Both the position numbers and the translations under genes were made by a program. A stretch of DNA of 16,606 bases, from positions 1-16,606 of the forward strand of contig CAWDKY010000066.1 of NCBI GenBank assembly GCA_963802945.1, read 5' to 3'. The notes beneath the pieces were generated by a model. It was not told where the DNA came from. It was given only the letters and a program-made list of their open reading frames with translations, and ran no database searches. This DNA is from an uncultured delta proteobacterium. GTDB taxonomy: Bacteria; Desulfobacterota; RBG-13-43-22. Positions 1 to 9,221 of this stretch are shown here, one piece after another. The number at the start of each line of letters is the position of its first letter. The stretch's first letter is position 1.

Positions 1-50
1 ACCTTACATGGTTCATGGCTGCCCTAAACGCAACGTAGTTTAGGGCGCCA
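1..50 (+). repeat. Copy 1 of a 50-bp double-hairpin repeat (probably truncated by the window start)
   Basis: accttacatggttcatggctgccctaaacgcaacgtagtttagggcgcca is identical to 447..496. It contains the perfect inverted repeat gccctaaac/gtttagggc (21-29/38-46). Confidence 0.95.
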
Positions 51-59
51 CTTAAAAGG

Positions 60-314
60 ATGTATTATTTATACATTTTTTTAAAAAGTCAATTGGATGG
101 GGAACTTTATATCGGATATACTGGAAATCTAAAAAATGGATTGCATCAACATCAAAATGGAGAAGTAAATTCGACAAAATCACGCCGCCCCCTTGAATTG
201 ATTTTTTATGAAGGCCATAGAAGTATGGTGGATGCAAAGTGGAGGGAAAGATATTTTAAAACCTCAAAAGGTAAGTCTTCCTTACGTTTGATGTTAAGAG
301 ATTCGTTGAAATGA
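60..314 (+). CDS. Stand-alone GIY-YIG nuclease family protein (84 aa)
   Basis: YYLYI...LYIGYTGNL...HQH.NG...STKSRRP.ELIFYE...A..RE.YFK..KG matches the short GIY-YIG pattern. The normally conserved Arg before L..H reads Gly here. Confidence 0.9.
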   Translation: MYYLYIFLKSQLDGELYIGYTGNLKNGLHQHQNGEVNSTKSRRPLELIFYEGHRSMVDAKWRERYFKTSKGKSSLRLMLRDSLK

Positions 315-350
315 TGTATTACCCTGATCGCTAACTGCTCACCCCAATAC

Positions 351-443
351 GGAGAGATGACCGAGTAGGCTTAAGGTGCTCGCCTGCTAAGCGAGTGTAG
401 GGGGAAACTTCTACCGAGGGTTCGAATCCCTCTCTCTCCGCCA
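351..443 (+). tRNA. tRNA-Ser (anticodon GCT)
   Basis: Acceptor stem GGAGAGA/TCTCTCC, anticodon arm ctcgc-ctGCTaa-gcgag, long variable arm, T arm gaggg-TTCGAAT-ccctc, discriminator G and encoded CCA. Confidence 0.97.
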
Positions 444-446
444 TGA

Positions 447-496
447 ACCTTACATGGTTCATGGCTGCCCTAAACGCAACGTAGTTTAGGGCGCCA
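447..496 (+). repeat. Copy 2 of the 50-bp double-hairpin repeat, attached to the tRNA 3' end
   Basis: Identical to 1..50. Hairpin 1 is gccatgaacc(440-449)/ggttcatggc(456-465) and includes the tRNA GCCA. Hairpin 2 is gccctaaac(467-475)/gtttagggc(484-492). The unit ends with CGCCA. Confidence 0.95.
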
Positions 497-672
497 TTTT
501 CCAGTTTGGATTTCCGCTTGCGGATTTTGGATTACACTCCCCTAACCCGAACAAGTCGGGGAAAAAATAATTTCCTCTTTCCTCGCCCTAATCCCTTATC
601 GTTATCATGAAAACAGGGCTAACATATCCGGCAGAAGATACAGATCCCCAAGCTTCTGTCATCAAGGGATTT

Positions 673-1385
673 TTATTTTTTTGAGGCTGTGTTTGGGCCA
701 GTTTTTCTTTGCAGATTTGAATATAATTTTTCAGTTTAGGGGGGTGGGAGGTGTCGGGAAACTGCTGAAGGATACCTTCAAACCTGCCCAGGGCGGCTTC
801 ATAATTTTTTCTGCTTAAAATAAAATTCTCCTATAAAAAATTCATGAGAGGCCAAGTTTTTTTTGGCGGTTATCAGATTGGATTGGGCTTGGGAAACATA
901 TTCGCTCCGGGGATAATTCTTAATCAATCGTTCAAATTCCTGAGCCGCCTGTAAAGCATAACTCTGGTCCCTGTCGATAGTGGGCATTTGTTTAAAGTAG
1001 CACATGGCCAGTTGAAAGACCACATAGGGGATGATTTCATTAGGGATGTAGTTTTTCAAATTCCTTATAGGCCGTGGCCGCCAACAGATATTCCTTATTT
1101 AAGAAATGACTGTCGGCCAATTTCAGTTCGGCGACGATCGCATAGGGATTGTAAGGAAAACGATCTTTTAAGTTTTGAAAGGCTTCCGCGGCCTTTTCAT
1201 ATTTTTTTCGCTGGTAGGCATCCAGGCCTTCCGGGATCAGGGCTTCGGGGGTTTTTTCCAGTTCTTTGGCTTCTTTACTTTTAAAATACCCGCAACTGAC
1301 CAGGGAGAATAAAAACCATACGATGATCAGCACAATCAGGCCGTATTTGCAAAAGGAACAGTTTAAAAAGCGGATTTTTTCTCAT
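673..1385 (-). CDS. bamD: Outer membrane protein assembly factor BamD (TPR lipoprotein), split by apparent indels; ends approximate
   Basis: Lipobox-like LVSC. Motifs KYEKAAEAFQNLKDRFPY..YA..AELKLADSHF, IDRDQS....A..EFERLIKNYP.SEY, LASHEFFIGEFYFK, and after a frameshift EAALGRFEGIL..FP. Joins ORFs 1040..1333 and 799..1059. Confidence 0.88.
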
Positions 1386-2309
1386 AGGGCCTCCAGATAT
1401 CTCTCGGCGGCGAAAACTGCTGTGGCTCCATCGCCAACCGCCGTGGATATCTGTCTTAATAGTTTTTGGCGGACATCCCCGGCGGCAAAGATTCCCGGCA
1501 CGGAGGTGGCCAGGTGATCATCGGTTTGAATAAATCCTTCGGGATTCAAGGGCAAGGTCCCTTTCAACCAATCGGTATTGGGCAGGATGCCGACAAAAAT
1601 AAATACCCCTTGAATCGGAATGGTCTGTCTGGAGGAGCCGTCCACTTTTTGACCCGGATCCCTTCGACTTGGTCGGTCCCCAAGATGGATTCCACCAGGG
1701 TATTCCAAACAGGTTGGATGGCAGGATTGGCCAAGGCCTTTTCTTGAAGGATTTGGCAGGCTCGAAGCTGATCCCTTCGATGGATCAGATAAATTTTTTT
1801 TGCAAAACGGGTTAAAAAAAGGGCTTCTTGAACAGCGGTGTCCCCGCCTCCGACGACGGCGATCTCCTGATCCCTAAAAAAAGGACCATCACAGGTGGCG
1901 CAATAGGAAACCCCTTTGCCGCCTAAAAGCCCTTCTCCGGGGACCCCTAGTTTTTTATGGGCGGCCCCGGTGGCGATGACCAAGGCCTTGGCTTTATAAG
2001 TCCCCTGGTTTCCTTTCAGTATTTTTTCAGTTCCTTGAAGAGACAGGGAAACGATCTCATCATTGATAACCGGCAATTCAAACCGTTCAGCCTGGCGGCG
2101 CATCTTATCCACCAGGTCAAAACCGGAAATCCCTCGGGAAACCCGGGATAATTGTCCACCCAGTCGGTAGTTAAAATCTGACCTCCGGGTACGAGCTTTT
2201 CTATAAGAAGGGTATTAAGCCGGGAACGTCGGGCGTACAGCCCGGCGGTCAGCCCTGCCGGACCTCCCCGATGATGATCATATCGTAGACAGGATTTTCC
2301 ACAGGGCAT
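1382..2309 (-). CDS. trxB: Thioredoxin-disulfide reductase, split by apparent indels
   Basis: [45 protein letters not shown] and [13 protein letters not shown]...[11 protein letters not shown] are spread over three consecutive ORFs. Confidence 0.95.
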
Positions 2310-2310
2310 A

Positions 2311-2637
2311 CTAAAAGGTTTTTTTGATAGCGGCTTCCAAGGTACTTTTGGAAACTGCTCCGGTGATCTGTTCGACCACTGTTCCGTTTTTAAAAAGGAT
2401 TAGAGTGGGGATGGCCCGAATCCCATATTGGCCCGGTGTTTTGGGATTCTCATCCACATTCAGTTTGCCTATTTTGATCTGACCTTGAAATTGAACGGCC
2501 AATTCTTCCACCACCGGGGCAATCGCCCTGCAAGGACCACACCAAGGGGCCCAAAAGTCAACCAGAGCCGGTGTAGAGGCTCGTTATTTCCCTTTGAAAA
2601 TTTTCATCGGTAACTTCGGTAATATTTTTTCAGCCAT
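2311..2637 (-). CDS. trxA: Thioredoxin, N-terminus frameshifted
   Basis: [17 protein letters not shown] reads in frame upstream of ORF 2311..2514 (KLNVDENP...[13 protein letters not shown]). ATG at 2637 has a GAAGGGAG RBS. Confidence 0.95.
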
Positions 2638-2692
2638 GATCTCTCCCTTCGTATTCTATGGTTAAACTGTTAGGATATCTGAAAGATAAAGA

Positions 2693-2721
2693 ATTTTAAT
2701 TCCCTTTCCTTCCATTGTCAA
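2693..2721 (-). promoter_or_regulatory. Sigma70 promoter for trxA-trxB-bamD
   Basis: Minus strand TTGACA (2721-2716), 17-nt spacer, TAAAAT (2698-2693), about 55 nt upstream of trxA. Confidence 0.75.
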
Positions 2722-2899
2722 TACTTACCCAAAATTCTAACTAAATATATTTGAAATTTTGGAAAGGTCAAGGGGGGTTTTATTTTTAAAAGCAAGAGAT
2801 GACTTCTTAGATTTCTGGGGAAACATTTAAAGGAAAAATTTTGACTTTGAGAAATTTTAGTTTAATGTCTTATGTTATCATAAAAAAGAGGAGATTGAT

Positions 2900-4089
2900 A
2901 TGGAAGAATTCAGACGCATGAACCGTTTGCCCCCTTATGTCTTTGCCACGGTCAATGCCTTAAAGATGGAATTGAGACGCAAGGTGAAGATATTATCGAT
3001 TTGGGGATGGGGAATCCCGACCTGGCCACCCCAAAACATATCGTGGATAAACTTCGGGAAGCCGCTCTGAAACCGCATAACCACCGCTATTCGGCTTCCA
3101 AGGGGATCACGAGGCTCCGAAAGGCCATTTGTGACTGGTATAAAAGGCGTTACAGGTGGACCTGGATCCGGAATCCGAGGCCATCGTGACCATAGGAGCC
3201 AAGGAGGGGATATCTCACCTGGTCTTGGCCACGACCAGTCCCGGCGATGTGGTCTTTGCGCCTGATCCGACCTACCCGATCCATCCCTTTTCGGTCATCA
3301 TTGCCGGAGGGGATTTAAGAAGATTCCCATGAGCCAGGACCGGGATTTTTTTGAGGATCTATTGACCGCCACCAAACAAACCTGGCCCAACCCGAAAATG
3401 TTGATCATTTCCTTTCCCCACAACCCCACCACCATGGTGGTGGATAATGGATTTTTTTAAAAAGATCGTGGCCTTTGCCAAGGAACACCAGATGATGGTC
3501 ATCCATGACTTCGCCTATGCCGATCTGGTTTTTGATGGGTATAAGGCCCCCAGTTTTATGCAGGTGCCCGGGGCAAAGGATGTCGGTGTCGAACTATTTT
3601 CTTTGTCCAAGAGTTACAGCATGGCCGGGTGGCGGGTAGGTTTTGCAGTCGGGAATCCTGATCTGATTCATGCCCTGACCCGTATAAAAAGCTATCTGGA
3701 CTATGGGGTTTTTCAGCCGATCCAGATTGCCTCCATCATTGCCTTAAACGGTCCTCAGGAGTGTGTCCAGGAGATCGTCGGCATCTACAAAGAAAGAAGG
3801 GATACCCTGATCCGGGGGCTGAACCGGATCGGATGGAAGATGGAAAAGCCCAAAGGGACTATGTTTGTCTGGTCCAAGATTCCGGAGCCGTTCAGGAAAA
3901 TGGGGTCGGTGGAATTTTCCAAGTTTCTTATCCGGGGAGGGAAAGGTGGCCGTATCGCCTGGACGGGGTTTTGGGGAATACGGGGATGAATATGTCCGGT
4001 TCGCCCTGGTCGAAAACTCACATCGGATCCAACAGGCGGTCAGGGGTATCAAAAAGGCCTTGAAAAAGGGTAGAAGAACTTTCTCATAG
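2900..4089 (+). CDS. alaC: PLP-dependent class I/II aminotransferase, AlaC-like, split by apparent indels
   Basis: [62 protein letters not shown] (PLP lysine), [33 protein letters not shown]. Confidence 0.88.
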
Positions 4090-4122
4090 CTCTGAGGTTA
4101 GGAAAGATAAGTGAGGGGAATC

Positions 4123-5426
4123 ATGAAAGAAATTCAGGTGGGTTTAATCGGTTTTGGCACGGTGGGAACCGGCGTGGTCAAGATTTTAATTGAGAAAGAG
4201 AGGCTTCTTCAATCCCTGGTCGGGGCGCCTTTGAAATTAAAACGGATCGCCGATCTTGATTTGAACCGGGATCGGGGGGTCCCGATTCCCAAAGGGCTTT
4301 TGGTGGACAAAGCCGAAGACATCTTCAATGATCCGGATATCTCCATCGTCGTGGAACTGATCGGGGGTCTGGAACCGGCCCGAAGTTTTATTTTAAAGGC
4401 CCTGGAAAAAGGAAAACACGTAGTTACGGCCAACAAGGCCCTGTTGGCCCACAAGGGGGATGAAATCTTTCAAAAGGCGGAAGACTGCAAATTAGATGTC
4501 GGCTTTGAAGCCAGTGTCTGCGGCGGCATCCCGGTTATTTTGGCCCTGCAACAGGGGCTGGTGGCCAATGAAATCGAAAGCATCCTGGGGATATTTAACG
4601 GGACTTCCAATTACATCTTGACTCGAATGACCGAAGAAGGACTGCCTTATTCGGAGGCCTTAAAGGAAGCCCAGCAAAAGGGATATGCCGAGGCCGATCC
4701 CACCCTGGATGTTGAGGGCCTGGATACGGTTCATAAACTTTCCATTTTAATGCATCTGGCTTATGGGTCCCCCTTAAATCCTGAGGCTATTTTTGTGGAA
4801 GGTATTACTCGAATCGGGTCCTTGGACATTGCTTTTGCCCGGGAATTCGGCTACTCGATTAAGCTATTGGCTATCTGCCGGAAAGAAGGGGACCAGTTGG
4901 AGGCCAGGGTCCACCCGACCATGATCCCTAAGGGTCATATGCTGGACGGTGTGCAAGGGGCCTATAATGCCCTTCTTATCAAGGGAGATTCGGTGGGCGA
5001 TGTTTTGCTTTACGGCCAGGGGGCCGGCATGATGCCGACCGGAAGTGCGGTAGTAAGCGACCTGGTCAATATGGGCCGGAATATCAATAAGGGGATTTCC
5101 CAAAGGATTCCCCGGAACCTGTCAATACAGGGGTTTAAGGAAAAGGGGTTGGCCTTAAAACCATTTTCGAGGTGTTCGGTCGTTATTATTTGCGGTTTTC
5201 CGCCTTGGATCGCCCCGGCGTCCTTTCCACCATTGCCGGTATTCTCGGGACCAATAAAATCAGTGTGGCCTCGGTGATCCAAAAAGGCCGAGAGGTTGAG
5301 GGGCCGGTGCCCATAGTCATGATGACCCATGAGGCCAAAGAATCCGCCGTCCAGAAGGCCATCCAGGAGATTGACCGGTTGCCGGTGATCACCGATCGAA
5401 CGGTGATTATTCGGGTGAAAAATTAA
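4123..5426 (+). CDS. hom: Homoserine dehydrogenase with C-terminal ACT domain (frameshift near 5170)
   Basis: [64 protein letters not shown]. The ACT domain YYLRF...DRPGVL..IA.I is in ORF 5172..5426. Confidence 0.95.
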
Positions 5427-5579
5427 AAGCTTAGAAAGTGTCAAAGGATTCGAGGATTCAAGGGTTAGCAAAGACTACTGGTATAAGCTGTCGGGTTAAA
5501 GGGCTTTGCTTTCTTCGCATTGATCCTAGCCCATTAATACCTATAAACTAAGGCACAGCGGGGCTATTCTTCTGTGTTT

Positions 5580-6811
5580 ATGAATTCGAAAGGCAGGAAA
5601 TATATCATTCTGGTCGGAGACGGGATGGGGGATTACCCCCAGGAAAACCTGGACGGAAAGACGCCTCTGGAAGCGGCCCATACACCCCACATGGATGCAG
5701 CGGCTTCCCAGGGAATAATGGGTTGGGCTCAAACCGTACCCTCGGGTTGTGAACCGGGAAGCGATATTGCCAACCTTTCCCTCCTGGGATATGACCCCAT
5801 GGTCTATCATACGGGCCGCGCTCCCTTGGAAGCGGTCAGCATGGGGATTCGACTAAAGGAAGAGGATGTAGCCTTTCGCTGTAATCTGGTTTGTCTGGAT
5901 TTCCAGGGCAATGAAACCGTGAGGATGAACTCTTATAGCGCCGGGCATATTTCTACGGAAGAAGCCCGGATTTTAATCAACGACCTAACGGATTTTTAGC
6001 TCATCCCAATTATCCTTCTATCCCGGGGTCAGTTATCGGCATATCCTGATCTGGGCCGGGGCCGATCCATCGGCCAAGACCATCCCGCCCCATGACCTGA
6101 CCGGGCAGGATGTGACGGAATATTTGAATACCACAGGAGAGTTGGGACCGATTGTGGATCTGATACGCCGTTCCTGGCCTTTTCTAAGCCAACACCCGGT
6201 TAATAAAACCAGGCAGGAGCGCGGTCTGGTTCCGGCCAACTCCATTTGGCTGTGGGGACAGGGGAAAACCCCCGGACATGCCCTCTTTCCAGGAAAGATT
6301 CGGACTTCAGGGGGAGTGATTTCCGCCGTGGATCTTTTGAAGGGTATTGGGTTGTCCGCCGGTTTGGAATCCCTTTTTGTGGAAGGGAATGACCGGATAT
6401 TTAGACACCAATTTCCGGGGAAAGGCCGAAAAGGCCTTGGCTTTCCTGGCCGAAAAAGACCTGGTCTATGTCCATGTCGAGGCCCCGGATGAGGCTTCTC
6501 ACGAAGGAAGCCTGGAGAAAAAGATCCAGGCCATTGAGGCCTTCGATCGAGAGGTCGTGGGGCCGGTCCTTAGCGGGTTGAACCGATTTGAAGCGTATTC
6601 CTTGATGATTGTGACGGATCATTTCACTCCTATTCAGGTAATGACCCATACCCGGGAACCGGTTCCTTTTTCGCTGTCCTGTTCTGAAGATCGATCCCGC
6701 CCTTCCCGAAAAAGGGGTTTTTCCGAGAGATCGGCTTTGGAGGGAGAGGTTTCTTTTTTAAAAGGAGATCAGTTGATGCCCTGGTTTCTCAAAGCCCATC
6801 AGGGGAGATAA
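5580..6811 (+). CDS. apgM: ApgM-type cofactor-independent phosphoglycerate mutase family protein, split by apparent indels
   Basis: [91 protein letters not shown]...TH..EPVPF. Confidence 0.92.
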
Positions 6812-6812
6812 A

Positions 6813-7214
6813 ATGAAATTTTTTCAAACGACTTACCGGGTTATTTACGGCGATGTGGATTCCATGAAAATGGCCTATTATGCCAATTATCTGCGCTGGT
6901 TTGAAATCGGCCGTTCGGAACTGATCCGTCATTTGGGTCTTCCCTATGCCGAGATAGAGGCCATAGGATATCTGTTGCCGGTTACTGAGGCCTACTGAAA
7001 ATATAATAAGCCGGCCCGTTATGATGAAATTATCTTGATCAATAGCGGTGTAGGGTTTATTCGCAAGGCCTCTATGCGGTTTGACTATCGAATTTTGAAT
7101 CAGGAGAACGAACTCTTGGTTCAAGGATACACGGTCCATGCCTGTCTGGATCGGGAAGGTAAATTGGTTCGTCTTCCTGAATCCGTGATTACCCTTTTGG
7201 AAAAGTGGGAATAG
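6813..7214 (+). CDS. YbgC/FadM-family acyl-CoA thioesterase with an in-frame TGA at 6996-6998
   Basis: YRVIYGDVDSM.MAYYANYLRWFEIGRSE...LPVTEAY-TGA-KYNKPARYDEII...SMRFDY.I...LLVQGYTVHACLD..GK..RLP. The frame is unbroken to TAG at 7212-7214 (133 codons including the TGA). Confidence 0.88.
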
Positions 7215-7275
7215 CCTTTATTTTCCCATTGGAACTTCTTTCCCCTTAACCCATTCAAAATGTAAGGAAAACATC

Positions 7276-7658
7276 TTGTCTGAAGCCGAAGCCGCTAAAG
7301 TGATTAAGGCCTATTTTATGCCTTTAACAGCCATGCCCATGAAACCTTTCTGGATACCCACCACTTTCCTCACATTCGGATCAACGACAAGGGGCAAGTG
7401 AGTATCGTCCAAAACGCCTCGGAATTATTACCCCTGGAGGAGGTCCTGGCCTACCTGACTAAAAAAGAGGGATGGCAACACAGCACCCTGGACTCGCTGG
7501 AAGTCATTCATATTTCAAAGATCAAGGTCCATTTTAATATCCAATTCAGCCGATATAAGGCAGACGGGTCCAGGTATGCGGTCTATAAATCCCTGTGGAT
7601 CATGACGAAGGAAAATGGCCGCTGGGGCATACAAGCCCGCTCCAGTTACGCCCCTTAG
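7276..7658 (+). CDS. Small NTF2/SnoaL-like hypothetical protein (frameshift near 7318)
   Basis: AAGGA RBS then TTG at 7276. Reads EAAKVIKAYF / AFN....FLDTHHFPHIRI...GWQHSTLDSLEVI...KVHF.I.FSRY..DGS.Y....SLWIMTKENGRWGIQARSS. The terminal G.W.I strand is typical of NTF2-like folds. Confidence 0.6.
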
Positions 7659-7673
7659 GGCAGCACAAAATAA

Positions 7674-7842
7674 TTAACAGTTTGCGGAAAAACTCATTTT
7701 TTACAGGTTGCTCAAAAAGATCCAGATACAAGGCGCCCGAAATTCTGAGGAATGAGGCGTACATAGAAGTACGTCGCAATGACGAAAAATGAGGGCAACC
7801 CGCCGTGGCGGGATAGATGGGCCTTTTTCAGCAACCTGTTAA
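7674..7842. mobile_element. Non-autonomous miniature inverted-repeat element (MITE-like)
   Basis: The right end (7823-7842) reverse-complements to ttaacaggttgctgaaaaag. It matches 7674-7692 at 17/19 and 7703-7719 at 16/17. Both outer ends are TTAA. No transposase is present. Confidence 0.7.
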
Positions 7843-7967
7843 TGGGCCGCTTCCCGCCTTTCCTCTCATCATAAAAAAGGAGATCGACTTCAGGGGAGTC
7901 TCTATCTCGGCGAGTACTCTTTCAAGCCAGACACCGGAAACATTAGCTGACCAGCATAGAATATTTC

Positions 7968-7996
7968 TTGACAAGCGGGTTTTTCTTCCCTAAATA
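7968..7996 (+). promoter_or_regulatory. Putative sigma70 promoter of bioB
   Basis: TTGACA (7968-7973), 17-nt spacer, TAAATA (7991-7996), immediately upstream of the BirA-like operator. Confidence 0.5.
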
Positions 7997-8000
7997 TAAC

Positions 8001-8030
8001 GGTTAACCAATACTTAAAAAAAAGTTAACT
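8001..8030. promoter_or_regulatory. BirA (biotin repressor) operator
   Basis: GTTAAC (8002-8007), N16, GTTAAC (8024-8029) fits the core of the BirA box TGTtAAC-N14-16-GTTaACA and lies 16 nt before the bioB start. Confidence 0.8.
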
Positions 8031-8045
8031 ATAGAGAGATTTGTT

Positions 8046-9061
8046 TTGAAAAACATCATCTCATTATTCGGAGAAAAAATATTGGACGGAGAAGCGATAA
8101 CCCAGGCTATGGTCGGTCGGTTGGGCGAGATGAAAGGGCCAGAGGCGATATTTGATCTTATTTACTGGGCCAATAAAATACGGCAAAAATTTAAAGGGGC
8201 TACCATTGATCTTTGTGCCATAGTCAACGCCAAATCCGGCCGCTGTTCCGAAGATTGTGCCTTTTGTGCCCAATCCTCCTGGTATCCCACAGAGGCCCCG
8301 AATTATCCCCTGTTAAAGACCGACGAATTATTGGATTCGGCCCATAAAGCCTTTGAGAATCAAGCCGGACGCTTTGGCATCGTTACCAGCGGGCGCTCAT
8401 TGTCCAGTCCCAAAGAACTGGACCGGGTTTGTCAGGTGATTTCTGTCCTTTCTGCACAAGGACAAATCAGCCCCTGCGCTTCTTTGGGTCTGCTGACTCC
8501 GGATATGGTTAAGGCCTTAAAACAGGCCGGTCTGACATCCTATCATCACAATATCGAAACCGCCCCCAGCTTTTATCCTTCCATCTGCACCACCCATTCT
8601 TTTGAGGCTCGGGTCAAGACCATTCAGATGGCTAAAGAAGAAGGGTTGCGTATCTGTTCCGGGGGAATATTCGGCCTGGGAGAAACTATGGAACAGCGTC
8701 TGGAGATGGCTTTTACCTTAAGGGAGTTGGGGGTCGACTTCCATTCCTATGAATTTTTTAAATGCAATTCCCGGCACACCTCTTGAGGGCCGTCCTTCTT
8801 TGCCTCCATTGGAACTTTTAACGATCATAGCTCTTTTTCGTTTCATCCTTCCCCAAGCCGATATTCGAACCTGTGGCGGAAGGGAAAAAGGACTCCGCAC
8901 CTTGCAGCCTCTAATGTATATGGCCGGGTGTAATGGGACGATGATTGGGAATTATCTAACGACCGAGGGAAGAAACCCAAAGGTGGATATTCAAGATAAG
9001 GGATTAGGATTGGTTCCAACTGTAGAATCCGGGAATAAAAAAAGCACACCAAGCAAGATAA
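8046..9061 (+). CDS. bioB: Biotin synthase (radical SAM), frameshift near 8745; 3' end approximate
   Basis: LCAIVNAKSGRCSEDCAFCAQS (CxxxCxxC), CASLG, YHHNIET, CTTH, CSGGIFGLGE, then NFLNAIPGTPL, R.CGGRE, AG.NG.MIGNYLTT.GR. Confidence 0.95.
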
Positions 9062-9167
9062 AAGATGCAGCAGGAAGGAATAAAAAATTGAGGCTCAATC
9101 GCCATCCCTATCCGATATTCCTTATCGCCACAATTGGGAACCCGTTTCACTGGCTTTATTTTTATCC

Positions 9168-9196
9168 TTGACCACCTTTCTTTCCTAATTTATACT
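9168..9196 (+). promoter_or_regulatory. Sigma70 promoter of the response regulator gene
   Basis: TTGACC (9168-9173), 17-nt spacer, TATACT (9191-9196), followed by an AAGGAG RBS and ATG at 9222. Confidence 0.7.
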
Positions 9197-9221
9197 TCTT
9201 TCATCAAAAAGGAGCACCATA

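Noticed and set aside
1-496. CRISPR array interpretation of the 50-bp repeats
   Set aside because: There are only two copies, about 400 bp apart, with a gene and a tRNA between them, and no cas genes.
1382-2637. Selenocysteine in thioredoxin or thioredoxin reductase
   Set aside because: The active sites are ordinary Cys codons (WCGPC, CATC), with no in-frame TGA at these motifs.
5427-5535. Possible regulatory RNA between hom and apgM (ggattcga/ggattcaa tandem, agcaaag/ctttgct stem)
   Set aside because: The stems are short and weak, and no known riboswitch motif is recognisable.
7595-7792. 65-aa ORF crossing the MITE, plus the many antisense ORFs over trxB, hom, apgM, bioB and pdxJ
   Set aside because: These are shadow frames of real genes or of the repeat, with no independent coding evidence.
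9000-9171. Long C-terminal extension of BioB
   Set aside because: It shows no BioB-like character and runs into the next gene's promoter. A 1-nt shift in the A run near 9040 gives a stop at 9059-9061.
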